A stretch of 64,000 bases of DNA from Candidatus Thorarchaeota archaeon (GCA_048884785.1 JBHLQM010000005.1:25333-89332); one strand, 5' to 3'; positions 19,377 through 29,460 are shown, counted from the first letter of the stretch. Made by a program: numbers and translations. Notes: generated by a model not told the origin, from the sequence alone.

Positions 19377-22300
19377 GGCTTTTTCCCACTCTCCAATCCT
19401 AGCTCTTTTGTGTCTCCGGTATAATTCAGTTAAGCCAATGGCTACAGTGACTATGGATATCGATGCCAAAGTTGCCATCTCGCTGGAGATCTTAAGTCTA
19501 ACTAGAATATTCACTTGGCTGCTTTGAAAAGCCCCCGATGCTGCGAAAACTGCAAGAGTGAGAGTATGTTCACCAAGAAGGAGATGATCTAATCTTGTCG
19601 ATATTATGCCTGACACGTTAAGAGTGCCATATGAAATCTCAGCGCCATCATATGAGATAGTGTACTCTACAGGCTCGTCAATCCAAACCACCCATGTCAC
19701 TTGAGCGAATGATTGATTGGTGTAGATTACTAGGTCCCCTTGATTGCTGATTAGTGGAAAAGTATAATCAGTGCCTGAAATGTGCAGTGGATGCAGATCA
19801 TATGAGTTGGAATCTACTCCAATTGAGTAATTTCCCTCTCCACCGTAGTCATCCCAAAGATTCCCGATACCATCCGAATTATCCCAGGTGTTCCCACTTT
19901 CTCCTCGTACATGCGCATTTTGATTATCATGAAATAGGTTTCCGTATATTGAATTCCCATTGCTGGATTCAATGACCATTCCGGCATCATCGCTGAAAGC
20001 TATTTCATTAAATGCAATTGTGTTATCTTGGGATTCTGAAACATAGATTCCAGTGAACCGCGATGATAGGATATGGTTTCCAATCACGTTTGTACGAATA
20101 GACCGAGAAATATGGATTCCCATATAACATTGAGAAAATGTATTTCCCACAATATCCACGGGGTTTCTGTAGTTGACCTGATAGACGAATATGCCAGCCC
20201 ATCCAGCACTGATTCTATTTCCAGTGATTTCTGCTTCAATATACCAATATAGAGTGATGCCCTCCGTATCAGCGGTTATTTGGTTTTCTGATATCATGAT
20301 AAAACCTGAATCACTGACAAACAGTCCTCTTGCAGCAAGAAATGAGTTTCTGGCAATATGAATATCGGAACTACCCCAAATATTAAGTCCCAAACCGTAG
20401 ATTGAAACAAAATCTGAATTATGGATTGAAACAAAATCCGACGCGATAATATCGATTCCCAAATCGTTGACTTCAAGACTGGAATTATTGATTGACACAG
20501 AATCAGAATATCTAATCCTTATTCCAGAACGTCCGTGATGCATTGTAATTTTGTGTAATGTTACATCGTTGGAATAATCGACAGTCAAGCCATATTCAGT
20601 GAAATAAGAAAGAAAGATGTTGGCAATAGAGATATTGTGGGAGAACGCGATTTGGAAAGGCCTCCCGACACTCGATATGCTCCCCTTCTCGATTATAATG
20701 TCACTGCAGCTGACGAGAATCACTTGCCCATAATTATCAGCCGTAAGTATGCTGCGCTCCATTCCGACCAGAAATGCCAACGGTTTGCCATTCACACTAA
20801 TATTTGAGAATTGATGAATGTATTCCATCAATTGGGATCCCTCTATGGTAATCCCATTTCCTAGAAAATTCGAATCAGCTACTTCAATCTGCTTTGAGAA
20901 AAAAATTCCCAGACCAGACGTAGAGGGCAATGATGATGGTAGAAAAAGTGATTCGATTATAGAAATATTGTTTGAAAAGCCAACACGAAATTCCTCCATT
21001 TGGCATTTCTCAATTTTAAAGTCATTACTCGCACCAACATCAAAGGATTTGACCTTGACATTCTCAATGGATGTTTCGTTACAGTTCGAGGTGGAGAAGG
21101 AGCCATAGATGGTTGAGTTTGCTACTGTAATTTGCTTGGAATCTGATAAGTAGAGATGTTCTGTGAAAATATTTGCAATGGATGTTTCATTACAGTTCGA
21201 GCTGGAGAAGGTATCATAGATAATAGTGTTCGTTATTGTTGTCTTGTTGCAGTTCGAGCTGGAGAAGGAGCCATAGATGGTTGAGTTTGCTACTGTGATT
21301 TGCTTAGAATCTGATAAGTAGAGATATTCTGTGAAAACATTTCTTAGCGATACATTTTCCGACCGGGTAACACTGATCCCGAGTTCAATACTTAATCCGT
21401 GTTCATTGGATATTTCGACATTCCTAATAGATTGAAGCAGTAGAAAGGAGAAATCAGTTGCATTTATTGTCATATCGTGAATATTCCCAAAATAGCCAAT
21501 TGGCTTGTCCTCGATCGTCACGTTAACTAATTCATAGCTTGCGCTTAGGGGATCAAGAACCCCTTTTGGGATGAAAGCATTTCGTACCTCAGAAATAGCC
21601 GTATTCATAATTTTGCCGTTCTTGTTGCCTGAAAAGGCAAATCCTATTTCAGATTCAAGTATTTGGCATCGTTCTATCAGAAAACTTTCTGTATACGAAA
21701 TGCTAATAGCTAGGTATTGTCCTTTGAGAGTTGAATCCACAAGAGAAATGTTTGTGCAACTGTAAACGTAGAGTGCAGTACTCCCATAGTATGCTCCAAT
21801 GTAACCTATGAAAAAGCACTCTGATATGATTAGGTCTCTGGAAGAATCGACATGGATTCCACGACCATAGATTGTGTTTTTGTGTATGATGATGCTTTCT
21901 GAATTCAAAACATCCAAACTAGAAAGAAAGGAATTAGCTATTGTACAATAATTCGAACCATTAATCTGAAATGCTGATTCAGTGGGTATGTTAGTTATAT
22001 TATCAATCATGATATGAGAAGATTTCTCAATAGACACCCCGATGTCTTTCTGCAGGATATTCACTCTTCTGATGATCCCATTCGTTACATTCTCGAGAAG
22101 AATTCCGATTACTAAACCGTATCCAATTGGATATATGATGGTGTTCAAGGATATATTGTCCAGCTCAAAAAACGCATCTGTATTTCTTATGTCTATAGCT
22201 GCCACAGGTTCTCCAACTTCGGAAGAACTGTTTTGGTCGTGGTTGATATTTGCTAGTTTGTATGGATCCTCAGGAGTACCAGATCCCGACCATCCCTGAA

Positions 22301-22532
22301 TCTCAAAATCCTGGTTCCCATTTATGATGATTGGTTGATCAGAAGAAGCAGGATTTCCTTCCAATGAAATTGGATTTGGCTTCAATGATGGGTTGGAGTC
22401 CATTCTAGAACCTTCAGTGGAAAGAGAGATTGATACATTGTAAAGGGAGCATAGTATGATAAGAGAAAGGATAATCGATAGCAATTTCATTCTCAATATA
22501 GTATACTCCAGTGTAGAACAATGTGATACCAT
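19350..22532 (-). CDS. Cell-surface right-handed parallel beta-helix (NosD-like) protein with C-terminal TM anchor
   Basis: Signal peptide, PIIINGN..F...GWSGSGT.EDPY, many parallel beta-helix repeats, GNLWDDY motif, Ig-like domain, TM followed by RRHKR. Confidence 0.88.
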   Translation of the reverse strand: MVSHCSTLEYTILRMKLLSIILSLIILCSLYNVSISLSTEGSRMDSNPSLKPNPISLEGNPASSDQPIIINGNQDFEIQGWSGSGTPEDPYKLANINHDQNSSSEVGEPVAAIDIRNTDAFFELDNISLNTIIYPIGYGLVIGILLENVTNGIIRRVNILQKDIGVSIEKSSHIMIDNITNIPTESAFQINGSNYCTIANSFLSSLDVLNSESIIIHKNTIYGRGIHVDSSRDLIISECFFIGYIGAYYGSTALYVYSCTNISLVDSTLKGQYLAISISYTESFLIERCQILESEIGFAFSGNKNGKIMNTAISEVRNAFIPKGVLDPLSASYELVNVTIEDKPIGYFGNIHDMTINATDFSFLLLQSIRNVEISNEHGLSIELGISVTRSENVSLRNVFTEYLYLSDSKQITVANSTIYGSFSSSNCNKTTITNTIIYDTFSSSNCNETSIANIFTEHLYLSDSKQITVANSTIYGSFSTSNCNETSIENVKVKSFDVGASNDFKIEKCQMEEFRVGFSNNISIIESLFLPSSLPSTSGLGIFFSKQIEVADSNFLGNGITIEGSQLMEYIHQFSNISVNGKPLAFLVGMERSILTADNYGQVILVSCSDIIIEKGSISSVGRPFQIAFSHNISIANIFLSYFTEYGLTVDYSNDVTLHKITMHHGRSGIRIRYSDSVSINNSSLEVNDLGIDIIASDFVSIHNSDFVSIYGLGLNIWGSSDIHIARNSFLAARGLFVSDSGFIMISENQITADTEGITLYWYIEAEITGNRISAGWAGIFVYQVNYRNPVDIVGNTFSQCYMGIHISRSIRTNVIGNHILSSRFTGIYVSESQDNTIAFNEIAFSDDAGMVIESSNGNSIYGNLFHDNQNAHVRGESGNTWDNSDGIGNLWDDYGGEGNYSIGVDSNSYDLHPLHISGTDYTFPLISNQGDLVIYTNQSFAQVTWVVWIDEPVEYTISYDGAEISYGTLNVSGIISTRLDHLLLGEHTLTLAVFAASGAFQSSQVNILVRLKISSEMATLASISIVTVAIGLTELYRRHKRARIGEWEKALEDMPDFH
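21065..21342. repeat. Near-identical in-frame internal duplications in the beta-helix gene
   Basis: AGTTCGAG.TGGAGAAGG at 21083, 21194 and 21251; a ~90-bp block recurs at a 168-bp offset. Confidence 0.9.
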
Positions 22533-22700
22533 AGCTAAAGCGGTTGATTCTTTCCATTTGACAAATCAAAGCAAATTAATTAGCTGGTTACCAAAAGTAT
22601 AGTAACTATACAGATTCTACTGCATGCAATCTACGTAAATATTCAGGAATCTTTATTTCACGGATTAGGGAGTTCTGTCCTCTGACTTGGAGGTTCGAAG

Positions 22701-24107
22701 ATGGACTTCTCTTTCGTAAAGGCACTCGAAGACATTGTAGGTACAGAATATGTATCAACAAGAAAGGATGTTCTTCTGACCTATTCTCAATCTGCCTCGA
22801 CTGGCTATAAGAGAGAAATCCCAGGAGCTGTTGTCAGACCAGCATCAAAGGAAGAGGTTTCCCAGATTCTCAAAGCGGCGAATGAATATAGAATTCCTGT
22901 CACTCCTAGGTCAGGCGGATCCAGCCTTCAGGGAGAAGTCATACCAAAGCCTGATGGGCTTGTGATAGACTTGATGCGACTAGATAGCATCCAGTTGTTT
23001 AAGGACCTGCGGTCTGTTAGAGTCGGTGCTGGAGTCACCTTTGGTATGCTGGATAAATACCTGAATCAACACGATCTCTGGGTACCAATCTATCCGGAGT
23101 CGTCTCTAGTCTGCACCGTCGCAGGAAATGTTTCTGTAAATGGAGCTGGTCCCGGTTCAGGTGTTCAGGGGTGTATTGGCGAATTGGTTCTGGGCCTTGA
23201 AGTAGTTCTCCCAAATGGAGAGGTGATCCAGACGGGCACAGAGGCAAACCCATATGCCCCTGGTCCGTTCCTGCGATATGCTTTCGGTTCTGACCTAACT
23301 GGTCTCTTTATTGGTTCTCTCGGGGCCTTCGGGATTATCACTGCTGTTTCAATCAAGACGTTCAAACGAATGAAACATTATCACTATCAGACATACGGCT
23401 TTGAAAATGCAGAGGATGCCGAACGGTTTCTCAGTGAACTTAGACATAATGATGTTAGTGTTCCAATGGCAGCAATCTATGAGGGAAGAATCCTCGAATT
23501 CTTTCTGGATATGCTAGGGGAAGAATATGGTATACCCAAGACAGATTGGGACCCATTCACGGTATCTGCAACAATCGGAAGAATACGTGAAGACCAGCTG
23601 ACGAGTGATATCAAGATGGCTGAGGAGATCTGCGAAAAGTTAGGAGGTCGTGTCATCGGAGTTTCTGAGCTACCTAGGGGCGAATGGGAAGATAGAATGT
23701 GGACCTTTGTCCGCTCATCATATGTCCATGGCTGGTGGTGGAGAATACTATATCATCATCAGCCTCCTTCTAGCTGGCACAGGTCTGTCAAAGAAATCTG
23801 GGAAGTCATGGATAAATACGGCATCTTAGGTCACACAGCTGGTCTTCTCACAGGCACATCCAGCTATAATTTCTATCCGCACCTCTACTTTGACCCGCAG
23901 GATGCTGAGGAAGAAGAGAAGGTCCGAGCGGCACATAAGGACTTGGCTAAACGTCTTTTCAAAACCGGAGCGGTTCCGTTCAAACTGGCGCCTTACTGGA
24001 TTGATGGAGTCAGTGAGATGGGATCATATCTTGATTTCATTAGAAAGCTCAAGGATTCTATTGATCCCAATGGCATAATGAATCCAGGTGTGCTAGGAGG
24101 GATCTGA
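22701..24107 (+). CDS. FAD-binding oxidoreductase (GlcD/VAO-PCMH family)
   Basis: AVVRP...PRSGGSSLQG, GLEVVLPNGE, GSLGAFGIIT, DPNGIMNPG. Confidence 0.9.
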   Translation: MDFSFVKALEDIVGTEYVSTRKDVLLTYSQSASTGYKREIPGAVVRPASKEEVSQILKAANEYRIPVTPRSGGSSLQGEVIPKPDGLVIDLMRLDSIQLFKDLRSVRVGAGVTFGMLDKYLNQHDLWVPIYPESSLVCTVAGNVSVNGAGPGSGVQGCIGELVLGLEVVLPNGEVIQTGTEANPYAPGPFLRYAFGSDLTGLFIGSLGAFGIITAVSIKTFKRMKHYHYQTYGFENAEDAERFLSELRHNDVSVPMAAIYEGRILEFFLDMLGEEYGIPKTDWDPFTVSATIGRIREDQLTSDIKMAEEICEKLGGRVIGVSELPRGEWEDRMWTFVRSSYVHGWWWRILYHHQPPSSWHRSVKEIWEVMDKYGILGHTAGLLTGTSSYNFYPHLYFDPQDAEEEEKVRAAHKDLAKRLFKTGAVPFKLAPYWIDGVSEMGSYLDFIRKLKDSIDPNGIMNPGVLGGI

Positions 24108-24123
24108 AATTACTATTATTGAC

Positions 24124-25272
24124 TTGGAAGAGCTCAAGGAAGAATTGCTCCAATGCCGAAGATGTGGTGTCTGTAGGAATGCAGTCTATGAAGCAAAGGG
24201 GTTCGATGGCATCTGTCCCGTCTGGAGAAACACAAGTGGTTTTGAAACAAGTTTCATGAGGGGGAAGATCCAGGTTGCCCTCGCTCTGCTAGATGGAGAG
24301 TTGGAAAAAACAGCGGAGATGGGAGAATCACTCTACCAATGCACGCTCTGTGGGAACTGCACTCAGATCTGTGGTGCAGAATTTCATCCTGCTCATGTGA
24401 TGGAAACGGTCAGAACTGTCTTGAGTGATTTACCGAATCAATCTCGAGACCATATAATAGCAAGTCTGCAAGAGACAAGCAATCCTTACGATGAAGATCC
24501 TTCGAAAAAGAGGGAGTGGCTATCTGATCTTGGTTTCGAAGTCTCAACGACAGGAGAAACGCTCTATTTCGTAGGCTGCACTGCTGCATTGAGAGTCCCT
24601 AGGATTGCCAAGCAAACGGCAATGATTCTCAATGCCTCGAAAACAGGATTTGCAGTAATGGAGAATGAACCATGTTGTGGGTCAGTGATGATGAGAATTG
24701 GAAAACTAGATGAAGCAAGAGCAAATGCGGAGCAAGTGGCTACTGCAATAGCGTCTACCGGGGCAAAGCGAGTCGTTGTTACCTGTGCAGGATGCCTAAA
24801 GACTCTTAGAAATGACTATCCTGAGAAGTTTGGTATCGTGCTTCCCGAAGTCCTTCACATAATCGAATACGCAAACCAGCTGATTGGTTCAGAAGACCTC
24901 AGGATTATTCCACTTCAAGAAGATATTACAGTGACATACCACGACCCATGCCATATGGGGAGAGAACTAGAAATCTACGAAGAACCAAGGAATCTTCTGA
25001 GAGCAATACCTGGGATTACTCTAATTGAGATGAACCCCAATAGGAACGCAGCAATCTGCTGTGGGGCAGGAGGAGGGCTTCGTTCCTTTGATCCGGCTCT
25101 CTCAAAGAAGATTGCAGCGGACAGGATACTGAGTGCGGAAGAAACCCATGCCGAGGCAATTGTCACAACCTGTCCATTCTGTGAACACAACCTTCAGTCG
25201 GGTGCAGAGCTTCTGGGAAGTAAGATGCAGGTTCTTGATGTTGTTGACTTGCTAATGAAAGCAATAGAATAA
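24124..25272 (+). CDS. Fe-S oxidoreductase with two CCG domains (GlcF/HdrD-like)
   Basis: CRRCGVC, CTLCGNCTQIC, CCG, YHDPCH, CCGAGGG, CPFC. Confidence 0.92.
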   Translation: MEELKEELLQCRRCGVCRNAVYEAKGFDGICPVWRNTSGFETSFMRGKIQVALALLDGELEKTAEMGESLYQCTLCGNCTQICGAEFHPAHVMETVRTVLSDLPNQSRDHIIASLQETSNPYDEDPSKKREWLSDLGFEVSTTGETLYFVGCTAALRVPRIAKQTAMILNASKTGFAVMENEPCCGSVMMRIGKLDEARANAEQVATAIASTGAKRVVVTCAGCLKTLRNDYPEKFGIVLPEVLHIIEYANQLIGSEDLRIIPLQEDITVTYHDPCHMGRELEIYEEPRNLLRAIPGITLIEMNPNRNAAICCGAGGGLRSFDPALSKKIAADRILSAEETHAEAIVTTCPFCEHNLQSGAELLGSKMQVLDVVDLLMKAIE

Positions 25273-25649
25273 GGTGGGCGCAGGATGACACCCCTCAAAT
25301 GACCCATTTTTAGGCTTGAGGTCCACCCCTTTTTTGATGAACGTAACAGCTCCCTTTTCTTTCGAGCAAAATCGCCCTCTGAACATTACGTGAGGGTGGA
25401 ATCTCCCTGCAGATGGACATTCCAAAGCAATTTATGCCCGAAGACACGTTGACCTGCTTTTTCAGGTAAACGTTTCAGAGCATTATGTCAACCTGACGCC
25501 CAGTTTATAGTATGCTAATTCCCAATTAAGTCTACGCATTGACAATTTTATAGCACATATAGATAGATTCAACTATTATATGGTTGTAAAACTTTAAAAC
25601 GGAAATCGAACCTTAACTCTTCGAATCAGATGCAAATGAGGAATATAAT

Positions 25650-26717
25650 ATGAATGGAATTAAAGTGGCCCTTGTGGGTATTGGCAACTGCGCCAGTGCA
25701 TTGGTTCAGGGTGTTGAGTTTTATAAGAACACCAAGGCAAGCGAGGAGGTCATCGGGATTAATCATCCTGATTTTGCAGGATTCCATATTAGTGACATAA
25801 AATTCGTGGCAGCTTTTGATGTGGTGGAGAGCAAAGTTGGGAAGGATCTTGCAGAGGCAATTTTCGCCGACCCAAATAATGTGATGCACTTTGCAGATGT
25901 ACCAAAGGTAGGAGTTGTTGTTCAGAAAGGAGAGGTCCTTGACGGTGTCGATGATATGCTAAAGGCACTTGTCAAAATTTCCGATAAAAGTACAGCTGAT
26001 GTGGTAAAGATTCTGAAGGAAACAGAAGCTGAGATTGTGGTCAATCTAATTCCAGGTTCTGCGGAAAAGGCGACGAAGTTTTATGCACAAGCTGCTCTTG
26101 ATGCTGGTTGTGCATATATCAACGGAACTCCCATACCCATAGCATCTGATCCCGAATGGAATGCGAAGTTCCAAGAGCACAAGCTTCCTCTCGTTGGTGA
26201 TGATATTCAAGATCAACTTGGATCGACTGTGTTTCACAGAAGCATCCTCCAGCTTCTGGTTGCAAGGGGAGTTAGAGTAGACAAAAGCTATCAATTGGAT
26301 GTGGGAGGAGGAGCTGAATCCCTTGATTCACACTATAGGGGACGAATGAGAAAAAGAGGTGTCAAGAGCTCGGCAATTGCACAAGACCTACCATACAAGG
26401 CCCCTCTTGTAGCAGGTTCCTCTGATTATGTCCCATTCATGGATAATGCTAGAGACTCATACTTCTATATTCACGGTCGCCAATTTGGAGGCGCCCCTAT
26501 TAGAATTGATATTAGAATGGAAGTAACAGATGGTCCAAATGCAGGGCCAATTCTCATTGATGCTATTAGAGGAACAAAACTCGCAAAGAAACGAGGAATA
26601 GGAGGCGCACTTGAGTCCATCTCTGCTTACGGATTTAAGATGCCGCCAGTTCCAACTGATATGTATCGCGCTGAGAGATGGGTTGAGGAGTTTCTATTAG
26701 GCAAAAGAAAACTCTGA
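25650..26717 (+). CDS. ino1: myo-Inositol-1-phosphate synthase
   Basis: GIGNCASALVQG, AFDV..KVGKDL, GDDIQDQLGST, DGPN, AYGFKMPP. Confidence 0.88.
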   Translation: MNGIKVALVGIGNCASALVQGVEFYKNTKASEEVIGINHPDFAGFHISDIKFVAAFDVVESKVGKDLAEAIFADPNNVMHFADVPKVGVVVQKGEVLDGVDDMLKALVKISDKSTADVVKILKETEAEIVVNLIPGSAEKATKFYAQAALDAGCAYINGTPIPIASDPEWNAKFQEHKLPLVGDDIQDQLGSTVFHRSILQLLVARGVRVDKSYQLDVGGGAESLDSHYRGRMRKRGVKSSAIAQDLPYKAPLVAGSSDYVPFMDNARDSYFYIHGRQFGGAPIRIDIRMEVTDGPNAGPILIDAIRGTKLAKKRGIGGALESISAYGFKMPPVPTDMYRAERWVEEFLLGKRKL

Positions 26718-26719
26718 TG

Positions 26720-27124
26720 TCACATATATGTCTTGACATATTCTGTAATGAGCACCTTTAGCTCACTCACGGAGCTTACTACCTTGAACTCCGTTTCTTC
26801 AGCTAAATCAGTGAGGATTTCATTGAACGCGATAATGCTCTGGTAGTCCTTGCGAAGTTCATCTTTTCTTGTTGCGCTCCTGGCTTTCGGATCATACAAA
26901 ACAATCAAATTCTGAGGCTCGAAGTTTATTACAACGCTTCTGTCCAGATACATCACTTTCTTGCATTTAGGGCATTGAACGCGGTTGGGTTTCCCGGCTT
27001 TCAGATTCTTTATCAAGTCCCTATCTTCAGACAAATCGATGTGTTCAATAGCTTCTGCCTCATAGGATTTTTTGCATTTCTCGCAATTGATTTCAATCGT
27101 ACTTGTTCCAGGCATAAAACGCAC
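26720..27124 (-). CDS. CpXC-type zinc-binding protein
   Basis: CEKC...G..N.V.CPKC...V.N.EPQN architecture. Confidence 0.7.
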   Translation of the reverse strand: MRFMPGTSTIEINCEKCKKSYEAEAIEHIDLSEDRDLIKNLKAGKPNRVQCPKCKKVMYLDRSVVINFEPQNLIVLYDPKARSATRKDELRKDYQSIIAFNEILTDLAEETEFKVVSSVSELKVLITEYVKTYM

Positions 27125-27180
27125 CAGAGTGCATGTGACTTCGAAGGTTCACTCTTAAGAGTTGCGAAAAAGGTCTATTC

Positions 27181-27783
27181 CTAGTCACCCATCTCATCCT
27201 CAAGAATGTCTTGCAGAATTTCAGAATCTTCAGCCTCAGTCCTTCGTTTAAAGAGGATGCCAGTTATCAGCGCGGTTAATGCAATCGAGGCGATGATTAT
27301 TGGTACTGATTCGAAGTATCCTCCAACAGCATATCCAATGAATGCACCTGCCAACGTTACTACCGCTTTGCCAATAAAGTAACTCACAACAAGTTTGACG
27401 ACATTGTATTTTGTCAAACCAACATAGACGATTAGCGGATCATCTGGAACAGGAGAAGCAGCAGCAATAAATAGTGCAAGTGCTCCCCATTTCTCAACTC
27501 TTTGCTTTTCCGCATCCAGTCTATCAAGCCGCTCCTTTGACAGCACCGTGCGGGATCCTCTGACTACATAATAATGAATCACTTTTGCGAGAGTTGAGGC
27601 AACTGCTACAATGAGGCCAATGATAACCCAATTCATGGATGGAAGCAGTAATGATGCAACTCCCGCCAAGACCATATTTGAAGGAGATAAAAACGGAAGC
27701 ATGTTAATTGCAAAACAGGCAATGAAAAGACCAGCATAGCCTTGAAGAATAAGATCAGTAATTATCTGAGCTAAATCTTGCAT
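27181..27783 (-). CDS. VTT-domain (DedA/TVP38-like) membrane protein
   Basis: GLFIACFAINMLPFL.P, ALFIAAASPVPDD, YFIGK. Confidence 0.85.
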   Translation of the reverse strand: MQDLAQIITDLILQGYAGLFIACFAINMLPFLSPSNMVLAGVASLLLPSMNWVIIGLIVAVASTLAKVIHYYVVRGSRTVLSKERLDRLDAEKQRVEKWGALALFIAAASPVPDDPLIVYVGLTKYNVVKLVVSYFIGKAVVTLAGAFIGYAVGGYFESVPIIIASIALTALITGILFKRRTEAEDSEILQDILEDEMGD

Positions 27784-27902
27784 TTGATTATCCCTTCAAG
27801 ATTGCGGTGCTTTGCGGCTAGTGCAAATGCAACGTGGTCAACATATATAGTGTGTACATATCGAGAATTTGTGTGATATCTTAGCTCAAATGCTTGAAAT
27901 TA

Positions 27903-28328
27903 CTAAGATACAACATTCTCAACGATTACTTTTTTCACTCCATCCAGTGTTGAGAGTGAGTCCTGTAGCTCATCAACCGTCGTGCTTAGTTGGCTGGGAT
28001 TGAAATAGCATTCATAGAAACATCTCGTTCCCCTAAGACAAACACCTGTTGAGAATAATAGATCGACTAGACCGCACTTCTTGAAAATCTGTGATAACTT
28101 AGTCAAGAAGTCGTTGGTGAGCTTTCCAATCTCAAGGCTAAGGTAGCTTACTTCATCATTCTCCAATGGAAATATTTTGATGAGTCTATCTTTATGAACA
28201 AGAACCATTAGGCCACGATTCGTTCCTATGGCTTCTTTGAATTTCATGGGAAATGCTACTGTTTCGCTATCATCAAAAACCAACACTCGACCGGCGGTTG
28301 CTCCTTCATAATCATCGTTCCCAGACAT
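27903..28328 (-). CDS. Hypothetical protein, possibly AbrB-like N-terminus plus ACT-like C-terminus
   Basis: VAFPMKFKEAIG...IKIFPL, then a beta-alpha-beta-beta-alpha-beta pattern ending LSTLDGVKKV. Confidence 0.55.
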   Translation of the reverse strand: MSGNDDYEGATAGRVLVFDDSETVAFPMKFKEAIGTNRGLMVLVHKDRLIKIFPLENDEVSYLSLEIGKLTNDFLTKLSQIFKKCGLVDLLFSTGVCLRGTRCFYECYFNPSQLSTTVDELQDSLSTLDGVKKVIVENVVS

Positions 28329-28502
28329 TTAATCACCTAGGTTGATACCGAGTGCCTCCCGCGGAAGTCACTTTGTTGTGTGTGATGTGAGTTTGTCGCT
28401 AATAAATAAACCTCTCTTGTTTGTCCTCAGAAAAGATGCCCATTTCCAAAGGAAATGTGCCCTTTTTGAGGTGTATTCAGAACATAATAATGGGAAATTT
28501 CA

Positions 28503-28757
28503 ATGGCAAACCGAGAAGAACTCCCATTGAGTCAATACAGACAAGTATCTGAACTTAGACGACAGTATCAATGTGAGTATAAGATGGAACTCTCTTTGAA
28601 ATACGGCGAAGAGCCTTCTGTTTGGAGTAAACAGGGGGAGCGGCTGCACAATCTGGCTGAGAATGATGCAGAGATATCAAGTGAGGATCACTCCTTTCTG
28701 TTTCTATCATTGCTGATAATCACCATACTTGCAGGAGCCTTCTGGATTCTCTTATGA
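28503..28757 (+). CDS. Cas4-like nuclease N-terminal fragment with C-terminal TM anchor
   Basis: VSELRRQYQCEYK...GERLH matches the Cas4/AddB N-terminal S.L..Y..C...G...H pattern; ends with a ~20-aa hydrophobic helix. Confidence 0.7.
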   Translation: MANREELPLSQYRQVSELRRQYQCEYKMELSLKYGEEPSVWSKQGERLHNLAENDAEISSEDHSFLFLSLLIITILAGAFWILL

Positions 28758-28761
28758 AGAG

Positions 28762-29424
28762 ATGAGTAAAATGCTTAATTCTTTCCTTCTAGTTGTATTC
28801 ATCTTCGGAATTCTTGCACTAATTCTTCTATCCAAGCATGAAATGTTGACTCTTGGGTATAACGCAATTAGTAGAGCAAAACCTGCGCAGCTAGATCTTA
28901 ACTCCTTTGTAAGAAACGGTCCAAATGAAAAGGACTCAAAGAGGAGCTATATCTTTAGTGAAGTGCCTATAGTTTCAATGGCACATAAGTTCAAGGGAAG
29001 ATTCGACCATGCAATCCTTAGTTGGGATACCGGTCCAATCCTCGAGTATATTATCGAAAAGAAGTATCCTGCAAACTATTTGCCTGAAAGAGCTTCGCCT
29101 GAAGATATCTTTCAAGCGTCCCTATATGCACTAGCTCTAAAGGAGAAAGGGGTATCAGTTACATCTACTCAGTTAGTCATTATCTACTGCCTTCAGGATC
29201 TGGCCTCCACTTGCCCTGGAGCTCATCGTATCAGTCAATGTAGTAGATGCAGGGGAGGAAGGGTCTTCAAATCGAGATTCAATGAGAAAGCCACACAGAG
29301 GAAGCTAAAGCAGCTAGATGAAGTGTGGTACAAGCAGAGAAAACCAAGGCCAAATCCATCGCAGGAAAACTGCAGAATTTGCTCATTCGGTAAGAATGGC
29401 ATATGTCCGTTCTCAGCCGTTTAG
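28762..29424 (+). CDS. Cas4-like PD-(D/E)xK nuclease catalytic part with N-terminal TM anchor
   Basis: TM helix, then EVP, GRFD, IEKK, QASLY, and C-terminal PNP...CRIC.....C. Confidence 0.82.
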   Translation: MSKMLNSFLLVVFIFGILALILLSKHEMLTLGYNAISRAKPAQLDLNSFVRNGPNEKDSKRSYIFSEVPIVSMAHKFKGRFDHAILSWDTGPILEYIIEKKYPANYLPERASPEDIFQASLYALALKEKGVSVTSTQLVIIYCLQDLASTCPGAHRISQCSRCRGGRVFKSRFNEKATQRKLKQLDEVWYKQRKPRPNPSQENCRICSFGKNGICPFSAV

Positions 29425-29460
29425 CAAAAGAGTAATCTTGTTTCATGCAATCCTCAAACT

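Noticed and set aside
25273-25649. SRP RNA, RNase P RNA or tRNA in the long intergenic gap
   Set aside because: No SRP helix-8 motif, RNase P GAGGAAAGTCC-like motif or cloverleaf could be found by eye.
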